A DNA stretch of 64,000 nucleotides from Felis catus (lineage: Eukaryota). The DNA lies in contig NC_058370.1 in the NCBI RefSeq assembly GCF_018350175.1, forward strand, positions 30,380,001 through 30,444,000, read 5' to 3'. The notes under the pieces are model-generated. The model saw only the letters and a list, made by a program, of their open reading frames with translations, ran no database searches and was not told the origin of the DNA. The position numbers and the translations under genes are program-made. Positions 43,991 to 56,146 of this stretch are shown here, piece after piece (within the stretch, counting starts at the first letter, position 1; each line of letters opens with the position of its first letter).

Positions 43991-45194
43991 GCTATGGCTG
44001 TTACTACTTAGGGCCAGTGCGAGGATTAAAGAACAGACAGGTAAAAAGGATGAGCCTGAAAACAATTAGAAGAAAGGGGTCCAGGCCGAGGGTTTTGTCC
44101 CTTTTCTGCACATGGGCAAGCCCCAGGGTTGTAGGAGAAAAGCCCAGATGCTGTATGTAGGCTGGTGGTCTACTGCACCAGTCCAGGTAGCAGTTAGGAA
44201 GCTGTGGAAGGGGATGTGGTGGAGACAGAGGAGGAAGCCATCTGTGTGGCTGGTGGAAAGCTGCCCGCACAGGGCAATGCCATCTCTGAGATGACCCAGG
44301 GAGGTGGAGGGGGATGGAAGAACAAGCCTGGCCTGAATTTGGTCCCCTTTATTCTACAGCAGCCTTATCCACTTAATCTCAGCCCGCCTGGATTCTCAAA
44401 AAAGCAGATCCCTTCTTCTGCTTAGTTTGCTATTCTACTCTTTGAGAAATGGCTAGACATCCTTATCAGGGAGTCATTCAGAAAATCCACTGCCTGGGGC
44501 TGGCAGATTCTACCCAATGGCCCTCCCCACATCCAGAAGTAGGTGGTGGCTCAACTAGTCTGGCCTGAGGACTCAGGGTCTGTAAAGACCTTCAATATGG
44601 GTTCCCAGCTGTCAAAAACTAATGGGGCTGTCCCCAGGGAGTGAGTTCTCTGTCCCTGGAGATGTGTAAGCAGGACCTGGAGGTTGGTTCTAATATCTGG
44701 GAGAAGCAGCAGAGCTTCCCAAGCCAGGCTGCCCACCGGTGATCAGGACACTGCTACGGCTTGGGTAGGTGTGGAATGGAAACTGCTTTCCAAGTTGAAT
44801 CAGTATCAGTCACCGTGCACACATCACAGTGTTGGGCACCAAGGGGCATTGGAAAAGGCAGGCACCAGGCTGCCTGCCACCATGGGGTAGGCCTCACCCG
44901 GACATGGGTAGGGAGCAGTGGAGAATGGGAGTGTGGGGAAGGGGCCCAATGTAAGAGGGTACAGGCAACCCCCCACCCCGGTTCACAGGACCACTGAGAA
45001 GACCACTGGGGAGTGGCGTGATAGGCACCTCTGCACACAGCCAGAGGGAGGGGAGGGGGAATGATAGGAAGGTGTGATCCTGAGCCACTTCTAGACAGGT
45101 GGGCCAGGCCCTAAATCCAGCCACCTTCCTCATTCAATCTCCTCTAGTTTTTGTGTAGTGCTTTATTTTACTTTCCTTCTTTCTCTCTTCAGTT

Positions 45195-45204
<10 letters not shown>

Positions 45205-45246
<42 letters not shown>
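45205..45246. repeat. (CA)n microsatellite
   Basis: Direct reading. Confidence 0.9.
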
Positions 45247-45249
<3 letters not shown>

Positions 45250-45614
45250 CCATATCCCACAAACCCACATCTGCACCTATTGTATGCCTGGCCCAGCTGC
45301 AACCTGTAGGGTAACCACTATGAAAGGCTCACACACATGAACATGCAACGCATGTTGCTTCCACCGCACTCAGACGGTTCCATTCTGTCGTGAGGACCGG
45401 TCTTATAATTCCAGGAGGCACTGGAAGGTCAGCCTGTCCGTCCCTCTGCCTCCCATCAGACCAGAACACCCCACTTGCTTTCCAGTGCTGACCAACACCT
45501 CTCTGACACCTTCTCCTATCTTGCCTCTGTATTAAGGGTTGTCAACATGCATTGATTTACTGAGTGCCTACTATATGCCAGGCAACACCCTGACCACTTC
45601 ACGTTGCCTCAATT

Positions 45615-45880
45615 AGGCATGAATTAGACTGTATGTAACGGCAACCCCACACAGCTGTTTAACAAAATAAATGTGTGTGCTCCTCACTCAGCAAGAAGGC
45701 TCTGCAGCATCTTGGGGGACCCAGGCTCCTTCCTGCCTCACTGTCCTCAGCTCATGGCTTTAGACCTGGTAATCACAGGCTGGCTGAAGGCTGCAAAGAG
45801 TCAGGAATGGCACCTGAGTCTGCTCTGCTACTTGTCAAGACACTACCTCCATCTGGGTCCTCCAAAGCCCTGCATAGTAG
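45615..45880. mobile_element. MaLR LTR fragment (MLT1J/K-like)
   Basis: ttaggcatgaattagactgtatgtaac...ggacccaggctccttcctgcct. Confidence 0.55.
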
Positions 45881-45987
45881 TGGCTCAGGCTAGATTTTCA
45901 CTGCTGTCTCCTTCACATACCTCGCGAGGCCAGCCCCTCAGTGGCCTGGGACTTGGGAGTGGACTCACTGCCTAAGGAATGGACAGA

Positions 45988-46198
45988 GGGACGCCTGGGT
46001 GGCTCAGTCGGTTGAGTGTCCGACTCTTGATTTCAGCTCAGGTCAGGATCCCAGGGTCGTGGGATTGAGCCCCACATGGGGCTCCATGCTGAGTGTGTGG
46101 AGCCTGCTTAGGATTCTCTTTCTCCCTCTGCCCCTCTCCCCCATTTGGGCTTTCTAAAAAGAAAAAAAAAATAAATTTAAAAATAATTTTTTAAAAAA
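45988..46198 (+). mobile_element. Can-SINE
   Basis: TSD aaggaa(t/c)ggacaga. Confidence 0.9.
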
Positions 46199-47354
46199 GG
46201 AACGGACAGAGGCTGGAAAACTGTATTCCAGATGCCAGGTGGCCCCAAGCAACCACAGCCCTTGGCCAGGTCTCTGCTGTAATCAGCTGGCAGACATGGG
46301 TCCTGGCTGAGCGTGATAGGGACCAGCAACCAGGAACTGAGTCAACATGACCCCAGTCTTGTGACTGAGTTCTCACACTCTCTGGGCCTGCCCCTCCATC
46401 TACAAATATATGTTGTACATGTGTTCAAAATGCCCCTATGCCCTAGTCAGACCCTGCCCATCTCCTGTAGCCTTCCTTCAATGCCGCCCTGCCCAGGTCC
46501 TGTAGCCATTGCATGCCTTGCCCTTGGAGCGGACTGGCTCCAGGGTCCCCACCTTGGCTGCCCGGCTCTTCATTTCTTCAGTCACCAAGGAGTGTGTTCT
46601 TGTCGGCTCCAGGCCTACTTTGTGCGTGGCCCTGGGGAAGGAACATGTGTGCCATGGCCTGTGTATACCCCATGGGAGACATCACCACCACAGGCAGACC
46701 CTCAGCAATGGGTGCAAAGTCAGCAGCTGAACAGCAGTCCAGGCAAGAAAGTTTCCCCTAGGTTTTGGTCTGAGCACATTTTGAAGGGGAAAAAAGGGGG
46801 GAGGAAAGGGCATTCCAGGCTGAGGGAACAGCCAGTGTGGAAGCTCTGAGGAACAGAACACTGGGAGGCTTGAGTGGTTCACTTGCTAATAGGCAAACGG
46901 GTACATGCATGTGTGGGGATGCCCAGGGTAGGCAGTGAGGCTCAGGATAGACCTTGCTGGGCCCCCAAACACCTCTGGGCTGAGTCTCTAATTGGGGCTG
47001 GAGGCAGATGGTCTGCCAGGCCCCTTTTAGGTTGAAAGAATAAATCTCTTCACTATACCTTTGACAGCCTCCCTCAAAGAGGGGTCAACTTGTTAGAGGT
47101 GGAAGTACGAATGGAAAAACTGGTCAGCCTACTAAACCCTTCACTGGGGTCCAACGAAGTGACTCACCTGCCAGGAACACACAGCTTGTGACAGGGGTGG
47201 GCTAGGGGGATGGGGGGGGGCAGGGATAAATTTGAATCATTCTACTCGAAACCGAACCCTGGCCTTAACCCACCTCAGGAACCCACAACCCTAAACCCTC
47301 CCCGAAGAAATGCCTAAATATGCATCTTTGTCCTGAAGTCACAATTTCCAAAAG

Positions 47355-47422
47355 TAAAGCCCAGGAACCTGCATTTTAACAGGCACCCCACTGACTCCCA
47401 CGCAAAATGGCCAGTTTGAGAA
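47355..47422. mobile_element. MER5A-like fragment
   Basis: gcccaggaacctgcattttaacaggcacccca...agtttgagaac. Confidence 0.55.
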
Positions 47423-47429
47423 CAAGCCC

Positions 47430-48210
47430 CGCACCTTTAGGCCCCACGAGCCTCAGAAGGCTCGCAGGGACCTCGGGGTCCGAACCCCTCCTGCTCGCAA
47501 CTACGCGGCCGCCCGGCCTTTTCCGGAAGGTTCACATGCCGGGTCGCTGCGCCCTCTCGCGGTCGACGGGGGCTGTGGCCTGGGGCTCGGCTGGTCCAGG
47601 GGCTCCGAGTAGGAACACCCATACCCTGTCTGGAAATAATGGGCATGGGCCTTGCTGGGAGCTCGAAGCAAGGGGTCTTTGATCGGAGGGCGAAAGCTGC
47701 CCTCGCCGGGGGCCAGGGTGTCAGAACACCGCCCCTCCCCACTCCCGGAGCAGCACTCCGGGCGCGCGGGCCCCGCCCACCTTGCGCGCGTCACCTCGTG
47801 CGCGCTCTCGCGACCGGCGTGCGCAAGCGCCCAGGGGCTTCGCAGCCGCCATTACTTTCCCACTGCCGGGTCCTGCGGCCTGTTAGCAGAAGTCCGCAGG
47901 CAGGGAAGGAAGGGTGAGTACGACGCCTGGAGGACAGCGGCCCCGGGGCTCAGGAACAGCACACTCAGGGCGGGGTGACTGGCTTAGGTCTTGTCTGACT
48001 GGAGCAAGAAACTACAACCCCCCAAATGCCCTGCGCCCCAGGGTTGCGCGAGGCAGTGACGTGAGAGTTTTTGTCGCTACCATTTGTGGGCAGGGGAGAC
48101 GCGGTGGCGGAGGCTGATGACGCGCTCTTCTTGCCGCTGGAGGGTCACCGGAGGTCAGCGCCAGGTCAGCTGGCTCCCGCTCTCAGAGCGCCTTCGCGAA
48201 CCTTCCTGCT
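47430..48210 (+). promoter_or_regulatory. AP5S1 CpG-island promoter and non-coding exon 1 (about 47830-47913)
   Basis: CCGGAAG (ETS) 47523-47529; NRF1-like GTGCGCAAGCGC 47819-47830; YY1-like GCCGCCATT 47845-47853; donor AGG|GTGAGT 47913/47914; SBS-like ACTACAACCCCCCAAATGC 48011-48029. Confidence 0.8.
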
Positions 48211-48344
48211 TGACCAGTCTAAACTGACGATCTATTTACCCTTAATCACAGATAACAGATATTTGTTTACTGTGTACCCGCTGCCTTTCCATCCCTGGCT
48301 GGCCACTGAACCAGCCAGACACCCTTATTAGTATCATTACTTAG

Positions 48345-48780
48345 TAGTCTTTATTTTTAAGTAATCTGAAACTTACAGAAAATTTCAAGAGTTTCTTATA
48401 AAGAGCTATCTCATACCCTTTGATAATTAAGTTAGCTGCAGATACGATGCCATTTTAGCTCAATGTTTAGAGGTATGTCAGTGTATATTTTCTAAAAACG
48501 AGAACATTCTCCCACATTCAAAATTAGGTAACATTGGTCAAGACTATTATCTAGAATGTTTCCAGTTGCCCTACTAGTGCTGTACGTTGAAACTACCCTT
48601 TTCTTGGCTGGGGATCCCCCCCACACATCCCACACACAGGCAGCGTTCAGCTGGCCTTGTCTCTTTAGTCTCTTTCAGTCTGGAGCAGCACTCCCCAGCT
48701 TCTGTTGACTCTTTTTGAATATTCCTGGCCATTTGTTTTGTAGTTTTGTAGGTTTGGGGTTGTCTGAGATTTCTTCACTT
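48345..48780 (-). mobile_element. Old L1MC-type 3' UTR fragment (AP5S1 intron 1)
   Basis: aaacttacagaaaatttcaaga...tattttctaaaaacgagaacattctcc...gtctctttagtctctttcagtctgga. Confidence 0.55.
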
Positions 48781-49018
48781 GACCTTAGCCAAAAGGCAGA
48801 GAAGCAATTGAGATTTCTTCACCATTGACTTTGTTGTGAGCAGAAGTGCTGCTGACCCGACACCATTATGCCGAGGCGGGGAGTGTGTCTTGGGTAGCTG
48901 AGGAGCACCAGTGACCAGCCACAGCAGCCTCTGGACATGCTGCCTTGTGGCTGCCCTGTGACTTTAACACCCATCTCACTGAGGTCTCTGGCTTCCCTGT
49001 AGTGCCTGCCCTGGAGCT

Positions 49019-50890
49019 ATGGTCCACGCCTTCCTCATCCACAACTTGCGGGCTCCGCAGGCCCAGGACACGGGCCTTTGCCGAGTGCTCTACTCCTGCG
49101 TCTTTGGTGCCGAGAATTCACCTGATGACCCACGGCCACATGGTGCTGAGAGGGACAGGCTCCTTCGAAAGGAGCAGATTTTGGCTGTGGCCAGGTAACA
49201 CATGGGCCTTCACTGAACACATGCCTGATAATGATAGGTTTTCTGCGGGGCACAGAGAATCAGACTAAGAAGCAGAGACAGAGTTTTAGAGTAGTGTTTC
49301 CATGAGCTGTCCACAGTTGTTCACAAGCGTTATGTGAAAAGGGGTTAAAGAAATAATAACAGTACGGTCATCATCGTTAACTATTATAGTTAGCATTTAT
49401 TGAGCCTGTACATATGTGCTAAGAGTTTATGTTCTGAGCATTTTATGTATATGGACTCATTAATCCTTGTAACCATCTATTGAGATAGATACAGTTATTA
49501 TCCCTACCTTGCAGGTGAATAAACTGAGGTACAGAGACTTTAAGGAACTTAACCTGCCCAAGGTTATGTAACTAGAACATGGCAGAGCTGGGATTTGGGT
49601 GTAGGCAGGCAGATCCTGGAACATGCTTTGCAGTGCAGGACTTCTCAGGGCCATTAGTATGCCTGTAGGTTTTATGAATCCCTAAGGAGGAGTGAGAATG
49701 TCATACATGGGAATGCTGAGCCCAGAGCCTCCTGAAAGCCACTGAAAGAGCAGTGTGTGGGAAATACTGTTCCAGATGTAGTGGCTGGCCTTGGACCTTC
49801 CCATCCCAGACCCAGATGGAGCCAGCCAGTGCCAGAATCTCTTGACCTCTCTGCCTTTTGTGTCCGGGGATTAGCATTCTCGAATGGGCAGCCCTGTGTT
49901 AGCCTCTTGCCATCCCCTTGTTCCTCTGGGCCTCCACCCCCCTCCTGTAGCACAGAAAATTAAATGCCTTTAAAACCAGCCTGTGCATGGCCCAAATTAG
50001 AAAGTGATTCAGGAGGGATCAGAGAGTGATTTCAAAAACCTGAATGGCCAAGTGGACGGTCTTCTCTTTTTTATTTGGAAAGGGTTGCAGGATGGTGGTG
50101 GAGAGGTTGGACAGGCCAGTTGCGTTTCTTCATTTCTCATGGCTTGCGTTTCTTTATGTTAAGGAAGCCTCTGTGAAGCTAGTGGTGGCAGGATCTTTTT
50201 CCCCTGGTGCCCTTTCCGGGCTCAAAGAGCTGTGTTCAAAACCTGCCTTCTCTTGAACACATGGAGTGAAATGGTTCAGGGCCTGGAGATGGGAGCCTGG
50301 ATTCCTGTCATGGCTCATGCTTCCTGCTCTGTGGTCCTGGGCAGGTCACTTAGTCCCTCTGGGGCTAAGTGTCTACCTCTGAGATATGGAGTTAATAGCA
50401 CCTCTCAGTTTTAGGGGTGGTCATGAGGATGACAGAAATCAGTGACCCACCCACTCTTCCCAGGCAGGTGGAATCCATGTGCCAGCTTCAGCAGCAGGCA
50501 TCTGGCCGGACCTCCGTGGACCTGCAGCTTCAGTCCTCAGATGAGCCAGTGCCCCTGCATGAGGCCCCACATGGGGCCTTCCGCCTGGCAGCAGGGGACC
50601 CTTTCCAGGAGCCTCGGACAGTGGTGTGGCTGGGTGTGCTCTCATTAGGCTTTGTCCTGGTGCTGGATGCCCATGAGAACCTGCTGCTGGCTGAGAGCAC
50701 ACTCCGGCTGCTGGCACGCCTCCTTCTGGATCACCTCCGGCTGCTTACCCCCAGCACCAACCTCTTGCTTAGGGCTGATCGCATCGAGGGCATCCTTGCC
50801 CGCTTCCTGCCCCATGGTCAACTGCTCTTCCTCAATGACCAGTTTGTCCAGGGTCTGGAGAAGGAACTCAGTGCTTCCTGGCCCCGCTGA
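49019..50890 (+). CDS. AP5S1: AP-5 complex subunit sigma-1, 200 aa
   Basis: Coding exons 49019-49194 (exon starts 49003) and 50464-50890; 603 nt; MVHAFLIHNLRAPQAQDTGLCRVLYSCVFG...QFVQGLEKELSASWPR*. Confidence 0.97.
49370..49615 (-). mobile_element. MIR (AP5S1 intron 2)
   Basis: tcatttaatcctt...aaactgaggtacagag...cttaacctgcccaaggttatg. Confidence 0.85.
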
Positions 50891-51578
50891 CCCCTCACTG
50901 GGATGGGGCTTCCTGAGGGGCAGGGAAGGAGGACAGGGATGGATGGACACACAGCCAGGTGAATCTTGGCATTGGCCTCCTTCCCAGCCTGCTCCCAGCT
51001 CTGCTGTGCTACCACATCCAGGACAAGTGGACGGGACAAGCTGGCAGAAAAGAGGGCTGGGCAAAGGGTGGTGAGGAGGAATCCCGGAACATCCTGTGCC
51101 TGGAGCTGCCATGTGACTCATTTAGACTGCATAGTGGACCAGTCTCACCTGTCCTTGACCCCAGTTTCTCCCATCCCCGGCAGCCAGCCCCCAAAACAGT
51201 CCACCAGTTGCTAGTGTTGGAGCATGAGGAGTGGAACTCAGCCCACTTTCTCCTTCCAAACCCATAGTCCTCACAGTGCAAAAGGAACCTGAGACTCCCA
51301 GGGTGGGGGAGCTGGTTGCTGTATTTGCACTCACTTAGGCAACATTACCAACAAGGATTTTGTCAGTGAGGACTTGCTCAGTGTCCAGCCCCACCACAGT
51401 TCACAAATGTGTCTGTCGTTCATTCAGCAGGGGGATTCTGTAGCTCTCTTTGGGCCCATCCCTTGCCCACCAGGCAACTTCAAGATGATGCTAGGTTTCC
51501 TTTGTCTTCAGGGAGAGAAGATACCATCAGATGGGTGCAAGAAGTCTAGCCAGGATGAAGTTGTCTTTCTTGTTTTGA

Positions 51579-51584
51579 ATTAAA
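51579..51584 (+). terminator. Probable proximal AP5S1 poly(A) signal ATTAAA
   Basis: ATTAAA followed by GT/T-rich gattgtgtgatttcattctttgtttc. Confidence 0.5.
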
Positions 51585-52239
51585 AGCACTGATTGTGTGA
51601 TTTCATTCTTTGTTTCTGTAAGTTTGGATAATGTATATTTGCTCTTATGAGTACGTGTCTCTTTGGCACTGAGCTGGGTATCTGAGCTTTCATGATCAAA
51701 GATGCCCCCAAGAAGCATCTTGGGAGGTCTCCAGCTCTTGTGCCCCATATCACCCCTGTCGCCTTATGGGCCTCCTTTGGGTGGTAGTACTTGTTTTCTG
51801 TACCAAAATGTGGCAGGTTGGTGTGGATCTCTGAGAAGCAGAGCCTGAGACGAGGATTAGAGGATTAGAGGATTAGTTACAAGTCTCTTACATGGGAGGT
51901 GATTCCAGGAAGTACAGGAAGGGAAGGCAGCCCATACAGGTACATTATCTAGGGTGGGTCGGGAGCTTAGTGCCTTTGGGGGCTGTAACACAACAGTCAC
52001 TTTTGAGTGACCTTGCTTCAAGGGTGAGGGACTAAGAATGTTTGCCATTCTCTTCAGTCAGTGGTTTTGAGTTGGTCTTAAGACAAATTACCTGGCTCTT
52101 TCTGCCCCCAGAAAAAGGCATTGTGGTGCTGGGCCTGGCTGCATGATGGTCAAACCCAAAAGGATATGGGTGGGGCACCAAACTCCTGTTATGAGTCTTT
52201 AACCAGCAGCTCCTTGTGGTGGTTTAAAATGATTCAATT

Positions 52240-52420
52240 GGGGGCACCGTCTGTTAAGCACCTGACCCTTGGTTTCAACTTAGGTCATGATCTCATGGTT
52301 CGTGAGCCCCAAGTCGGCCTTCTTGGGATTCACTCTCTCCCACTCTGTCCCTCCCCTATTTGTGTGTGTGCATGCATGCACTCTCTATCTCAAATAAGTA
52401 AACGTTAAAAAAAAAAAAAA
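52240..52420 (+). mobile_element. Degenerate Can-SINE
   Basis: ggggcacc head with deletions, A-tail. Confidence 0.75.
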
Positions 52421-52429
52421 CTGGAAAAA

Positions 52430-53010
52430 AAATTTCTTTATTCTTTATTGTCAGTACCACACTGTCTTGATTACTGTTGCTTTAGATAGTAGTAAGTCTT
52501 CAAGGCAGATAGTGTCAGTCCTCCAGCTTTGTTCTTCAATAATGAGTTGGCTAGGGGTACCTGGATGGCTCAGTCAGTTAAGCATCCTGACTTCAGCTCA
52601 AGTCGTGATCTCATGGTTCATAAATTTGAGCCCTACATCTGACTCTGCTGTCAGCGCTGAGCCCACTTTGGATCCTCAGTCTCGCTCTCTCTGCCCATCC
52701 TATGCTCTCTCTCAAAAATAAATAATAAAAAAATAAAAGTATTTTAAAAAATAAAGAGTTGGCTAATCTCAGTCTTTTGCCTTTCCATATAAACTTTAGA
52801 TCAGTTTTTCAAATCCGCAAAATGACTTGTTGGGAATTTAATTGGGATTGCACTGAATATGTAGATCAAATAGATCACATTGGGAAGAATTGACATTTTG
52901 ACAATATCGAGTCTTCCCATCCACAAACGGAATATGCACTTACTTTGTTCTCCTTTTATTTCTTTCATCAGAGTTTTATGGTTTTCCTCATAACAAATCT
53001 TGTACATATT
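52430..53010 (-). mobile_element. L1 ORF2 remnant interrupted by a SINE (+, 52554-52752)
   Basis: Translation YKICYEENHKTLMKEIK...GRLDIVKMSILP...FSAIPIKFP resembles L1 ORF2p; SINE TSD aataa(t/a)gagttggcta. Confidence 0.88.
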
Positions 53011-53290
53011 TTGTTAGACTTGAAGTCTAACTGAAAAACTTGCACCCACCTCTGTCCCATCCATTCTGTTCCCCCCACTATCCCAAAGGGTAATAGCTTT
53101 CTATATTTTCTACATATCTATCTCTCTTATACAAATACAAGCAAATACGAACTTGGGTTCTTATTCCACTTCCTGCCTGCATTGTTTTCTTACACTATAG
53201 GCCAGCTTGATATAGGGTTCTGCACTTGCTTGTTTCACTTAACAGTGTTGCCTGGAGATCTTTTCATAGCAGTACATGGGATTCTTATTC

Positions 53291-53472
53291 TTTTTTTAAG
53301 TTTGTTTATTTGTTGAGAGAAATAGAAAGAGGGGGAGGGGCAAAGAGAGAGAGAGGGAGAGAGAATCCCAAGCAGGCTGTGTACTGATGCGAGGCTCGAT
53401 CTCACAGTGAGACCATGACCTAAGCCAAAATCAATAGTTGGACATTAACCAACTGAGCCATCCAGGTGCCCC
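53291..53472 (-). mobile_element. Can-SINE
   Basis: Reverse SINE; TSD ttattctttt. Confidence 0.85.
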
Positions 53473-53872
53473 TTATTCTTTTTATTCTTTACTCATTATA
53501 TGAGTATATTATAGTTCATTTAACAGATCTAAGAATTACTGTGAAATATCTCACATTTATAAAATGGTGGTTAGAATCATAATCTGAGTACCCATCATTA
53601 AACTTGCAAAAGCATTAACTCATTAATTTCTGCCATTTTTATTAAGTCCTTCCTTCTGTTTTCATTTCCTTCTGTTATCTATAACTCTTTAAGGGTGCTT
53701 AATTCTTTTGTTTTCAGGTTTAAAAAAAAATTGGTATTTGTGTTTTAAGTTAAGAATTTTCCTCTGACAACTGTTTAAGCTATATCCCGTAGGTGCTGAC
53801 ATGTGGTGTTTTCTCTAATGATATTTTCTGGAAAACCTGCAGTGTAATTTCTTTCCTCTTTGATTCCCTATT

Positions 53873-54093
53873 TAAAAAAAAAATTTTTTTTTAACGTTTA
53901 TTTATTTTTGAGACAGAGACAGAGCATGAACAGGGGAGGGGCAGAGAGAGAGAGAGACACACAGAATCTGAAACAGGCTCCAGGCTCTGAGCTGTCAGCA
54001 CAGAGCCCGACACGGGGCTCAAACTCACAGACCGTGAGATCATGACCTGAGCCGAAGTTGGACGCTTAACCCACCAAGCCACCCAGGCGCCCC
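53873..54093 (-). mobile_element. SINEC_Fc
   Basis: TSD tgattccctattt. Confidence 0.93.
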
Positions 54094-54330
54094 TGATTCC
54101 CTATTTTTACATGACCATGTAAGAACAATATTCCTGAGTTCTTGTATGTTCAAAAAAGTAACAATAATTTGGAACCTGTATACTTACCTTTTTGGTCTGG
54201 GTGCCCCAAAGATTCTTTATTTTCCAGTAATATTACTAGAATATATTTTGTAGTGTAAACATGGTGTGTTTTTTGTTCAAATGTAGATTTAAATTCTTAT
54301 TTCAGAAACATTTCCCTGAATTATATCTTT

Positions 54331-54441
54331 TTTTTTAAGGTTTTTATTTTTAAGTAATCTCTGCACCCAACATGGGGCTGGAACTCACAGTCCTGAGATC
54401 AAGAGTTGCATGCTGCACCGACTGAGCCAGCCAGGAGTCCC
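54331..54441 (-). mobile_element. Short (CT-less) Can-SINE
   Basis: TSD ctga(a/g)ttatatctt. Confidence 0.85.
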
Positions 54442-54569
54442 TGAGTTATATCTTTAATAGTTATTGTATTTCATTGGTTTTGTTCTCTTCAGGGATTCCA
54501 GTGAAGCACTAGTTGGCTCTCCTTTTCCTGTTATCCATGGCTATGTTTTTTCTCCCTAATCCTTTTTAA

Positions 54570-54830
54570 AAATCATTATTGTTGAAGTATGATTGACATA
54601 CAATGTTATATTAGCTGCAGGTGTACAACAGATTGAGTCAACAATTCTGTACATTATGCATTGGTCCCCATAAGTGTAGATACCATCTGTCACCATACGA
54701 CGTTACTACAGTATTACTGGCTATATGCCCTATCTGTATTTTTCATCTCTGTGATTTACATATTTTATACTGGAAGTTTGTATCTCTTAATTCCCTTTAT
54801 CTGTTTCACCCATCCTTTCACTACCTAATC
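54570..54830 (-). mobile_element. Carnivore L1 3' end fragment
   Basis: gttgaagtatgattgacatacaatgttatattagctgcaggtgtacaa...taagtgtagataccatctgtcaccatac. Confidence 0.75.
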
Positions 54831-55882
54831 TTTGTAACATGGCAGATCCCTGAAAGCATCAGAAAAGGAAAATGACTTTCTAAAGATGTATCTCGTATTT
54901 TCCAGTAGGAACGGCAGTGCAGAGGCTCCACTGGACCCAGTTTAGCTTAACCTAGGAGAGAGCTTGCAGGCTATGAAGTCCCTGAGGCTCACTTGTGTGA
55001 CTCAGACCTCTGCCTTCTGGATGGTTCCAGGTCCTCCATTCTGTGGAGCTGGTGCATCCCCTTAGTATTGCAGTGGCAGTTGGTCGAGCCCTCATCCCAC
55101 CTGCAGGGGGACACTGAGCACTGAGCACATCATATGTGTCTCTGAGGCATCACTTCTTGGCTTCTTGGCTTCTGTGCTGTTGTCAGGCTCCCTTGGGTCT
55201 CAAGACATGTGGCTCCTCTCTTCTCCCTGTCGTGCTGTGTCTGCCCAGACTCCGAATACATGCTCTTTCCCTTGATGCCCCAGAATCAGGCATTTGGGTG
55301 GTAGCAAACTTTAAAGGTTAGAGGGATAGAGAGGAGTTATCCTAAAGAACAGAGCAAAAAACTTAAGATTGATTGTTAGACATTTCTGTTCTCTGAGTCT
55401 CTAAACCATTCCCCCTAAAGGGATGTTCTTACTCTCAGTTCCTTCTGGAGCCTCAGCCACCCATCAGCTTTCAGGCTGCTCCCTTCTTTCTTATCTTTTT
55501 ATTAAAAATTGTTTTTCTTCTTTTTATTGTAAAGTATATATAACATAAAATTGACCATTTTAACTATTTTTAAGTGTACAATTTAGTGGCAGTAAGTACA
55601 TTCACAGTATTGTATCTGTTCCAGCATGTTTTCTTCATGTGAAACAGAAACTGCATCCATTAAGCAGTGCCTCCCCATGCTTCCTCCTGTACTCTCTGTT
55701 CTTAGCAGCCTTGTTTTATTCCTGTTCATTCCCCCCTGTCCTGTTCATACTGAGCAGTGTAAGGCCTCATCGCCCACCCAGCTTGGTTCCAGCCTACCTG
55801 TTGATAGTATATCTGTGCCCACTTAAAAAAGAGAAAGAAAAAGATTGTTCTGGGGTTCCATCTGCAGCAACTCAAAGCATAT

Positions 55883-56146
55883 TTCCTTCCTTCCTTCCTT
55901 CCTTCCTTCCTTCCTTCCTTCCTTCCTTCCTTCCTTCCTTCCTTTCTGTTATTTATTTATTTTGAGAGAGAATGAGAGAGCACAAGCAGGGAAAGGGCAG
56001 AGAGAAGAAGAGACAAAATCTCAAGCAGACTCCGCACCATCAATGCAGAGCCCAATGTGGGACTCGAACTCACAAGCCCACGAGATCATGACCTGAGTGG
56101 AGATCGAGAGTCGGATGCTTAACTGACTACGCCATCCAGGTGCTCC
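55883..56146 (-). mobile_element. Can-SINE with (TTCC)n-expanded tail
   Basis: (ttcc)n 55883-55943 followed by reverse SINE body. Confidence 0.88.

Noticed and set aside
50417-50463. Upstream Met codons in the AP5S1 ORF call
   Set aside because: Intronic, MIR-adjacent sequence upstream of the acceptor at 50463/50464
51852-51876. (GAGGATTA)x3 tandem repeat
   Set aside because: Local slippage in an old LTR-like fragment; no spacers, not CRISPR-like
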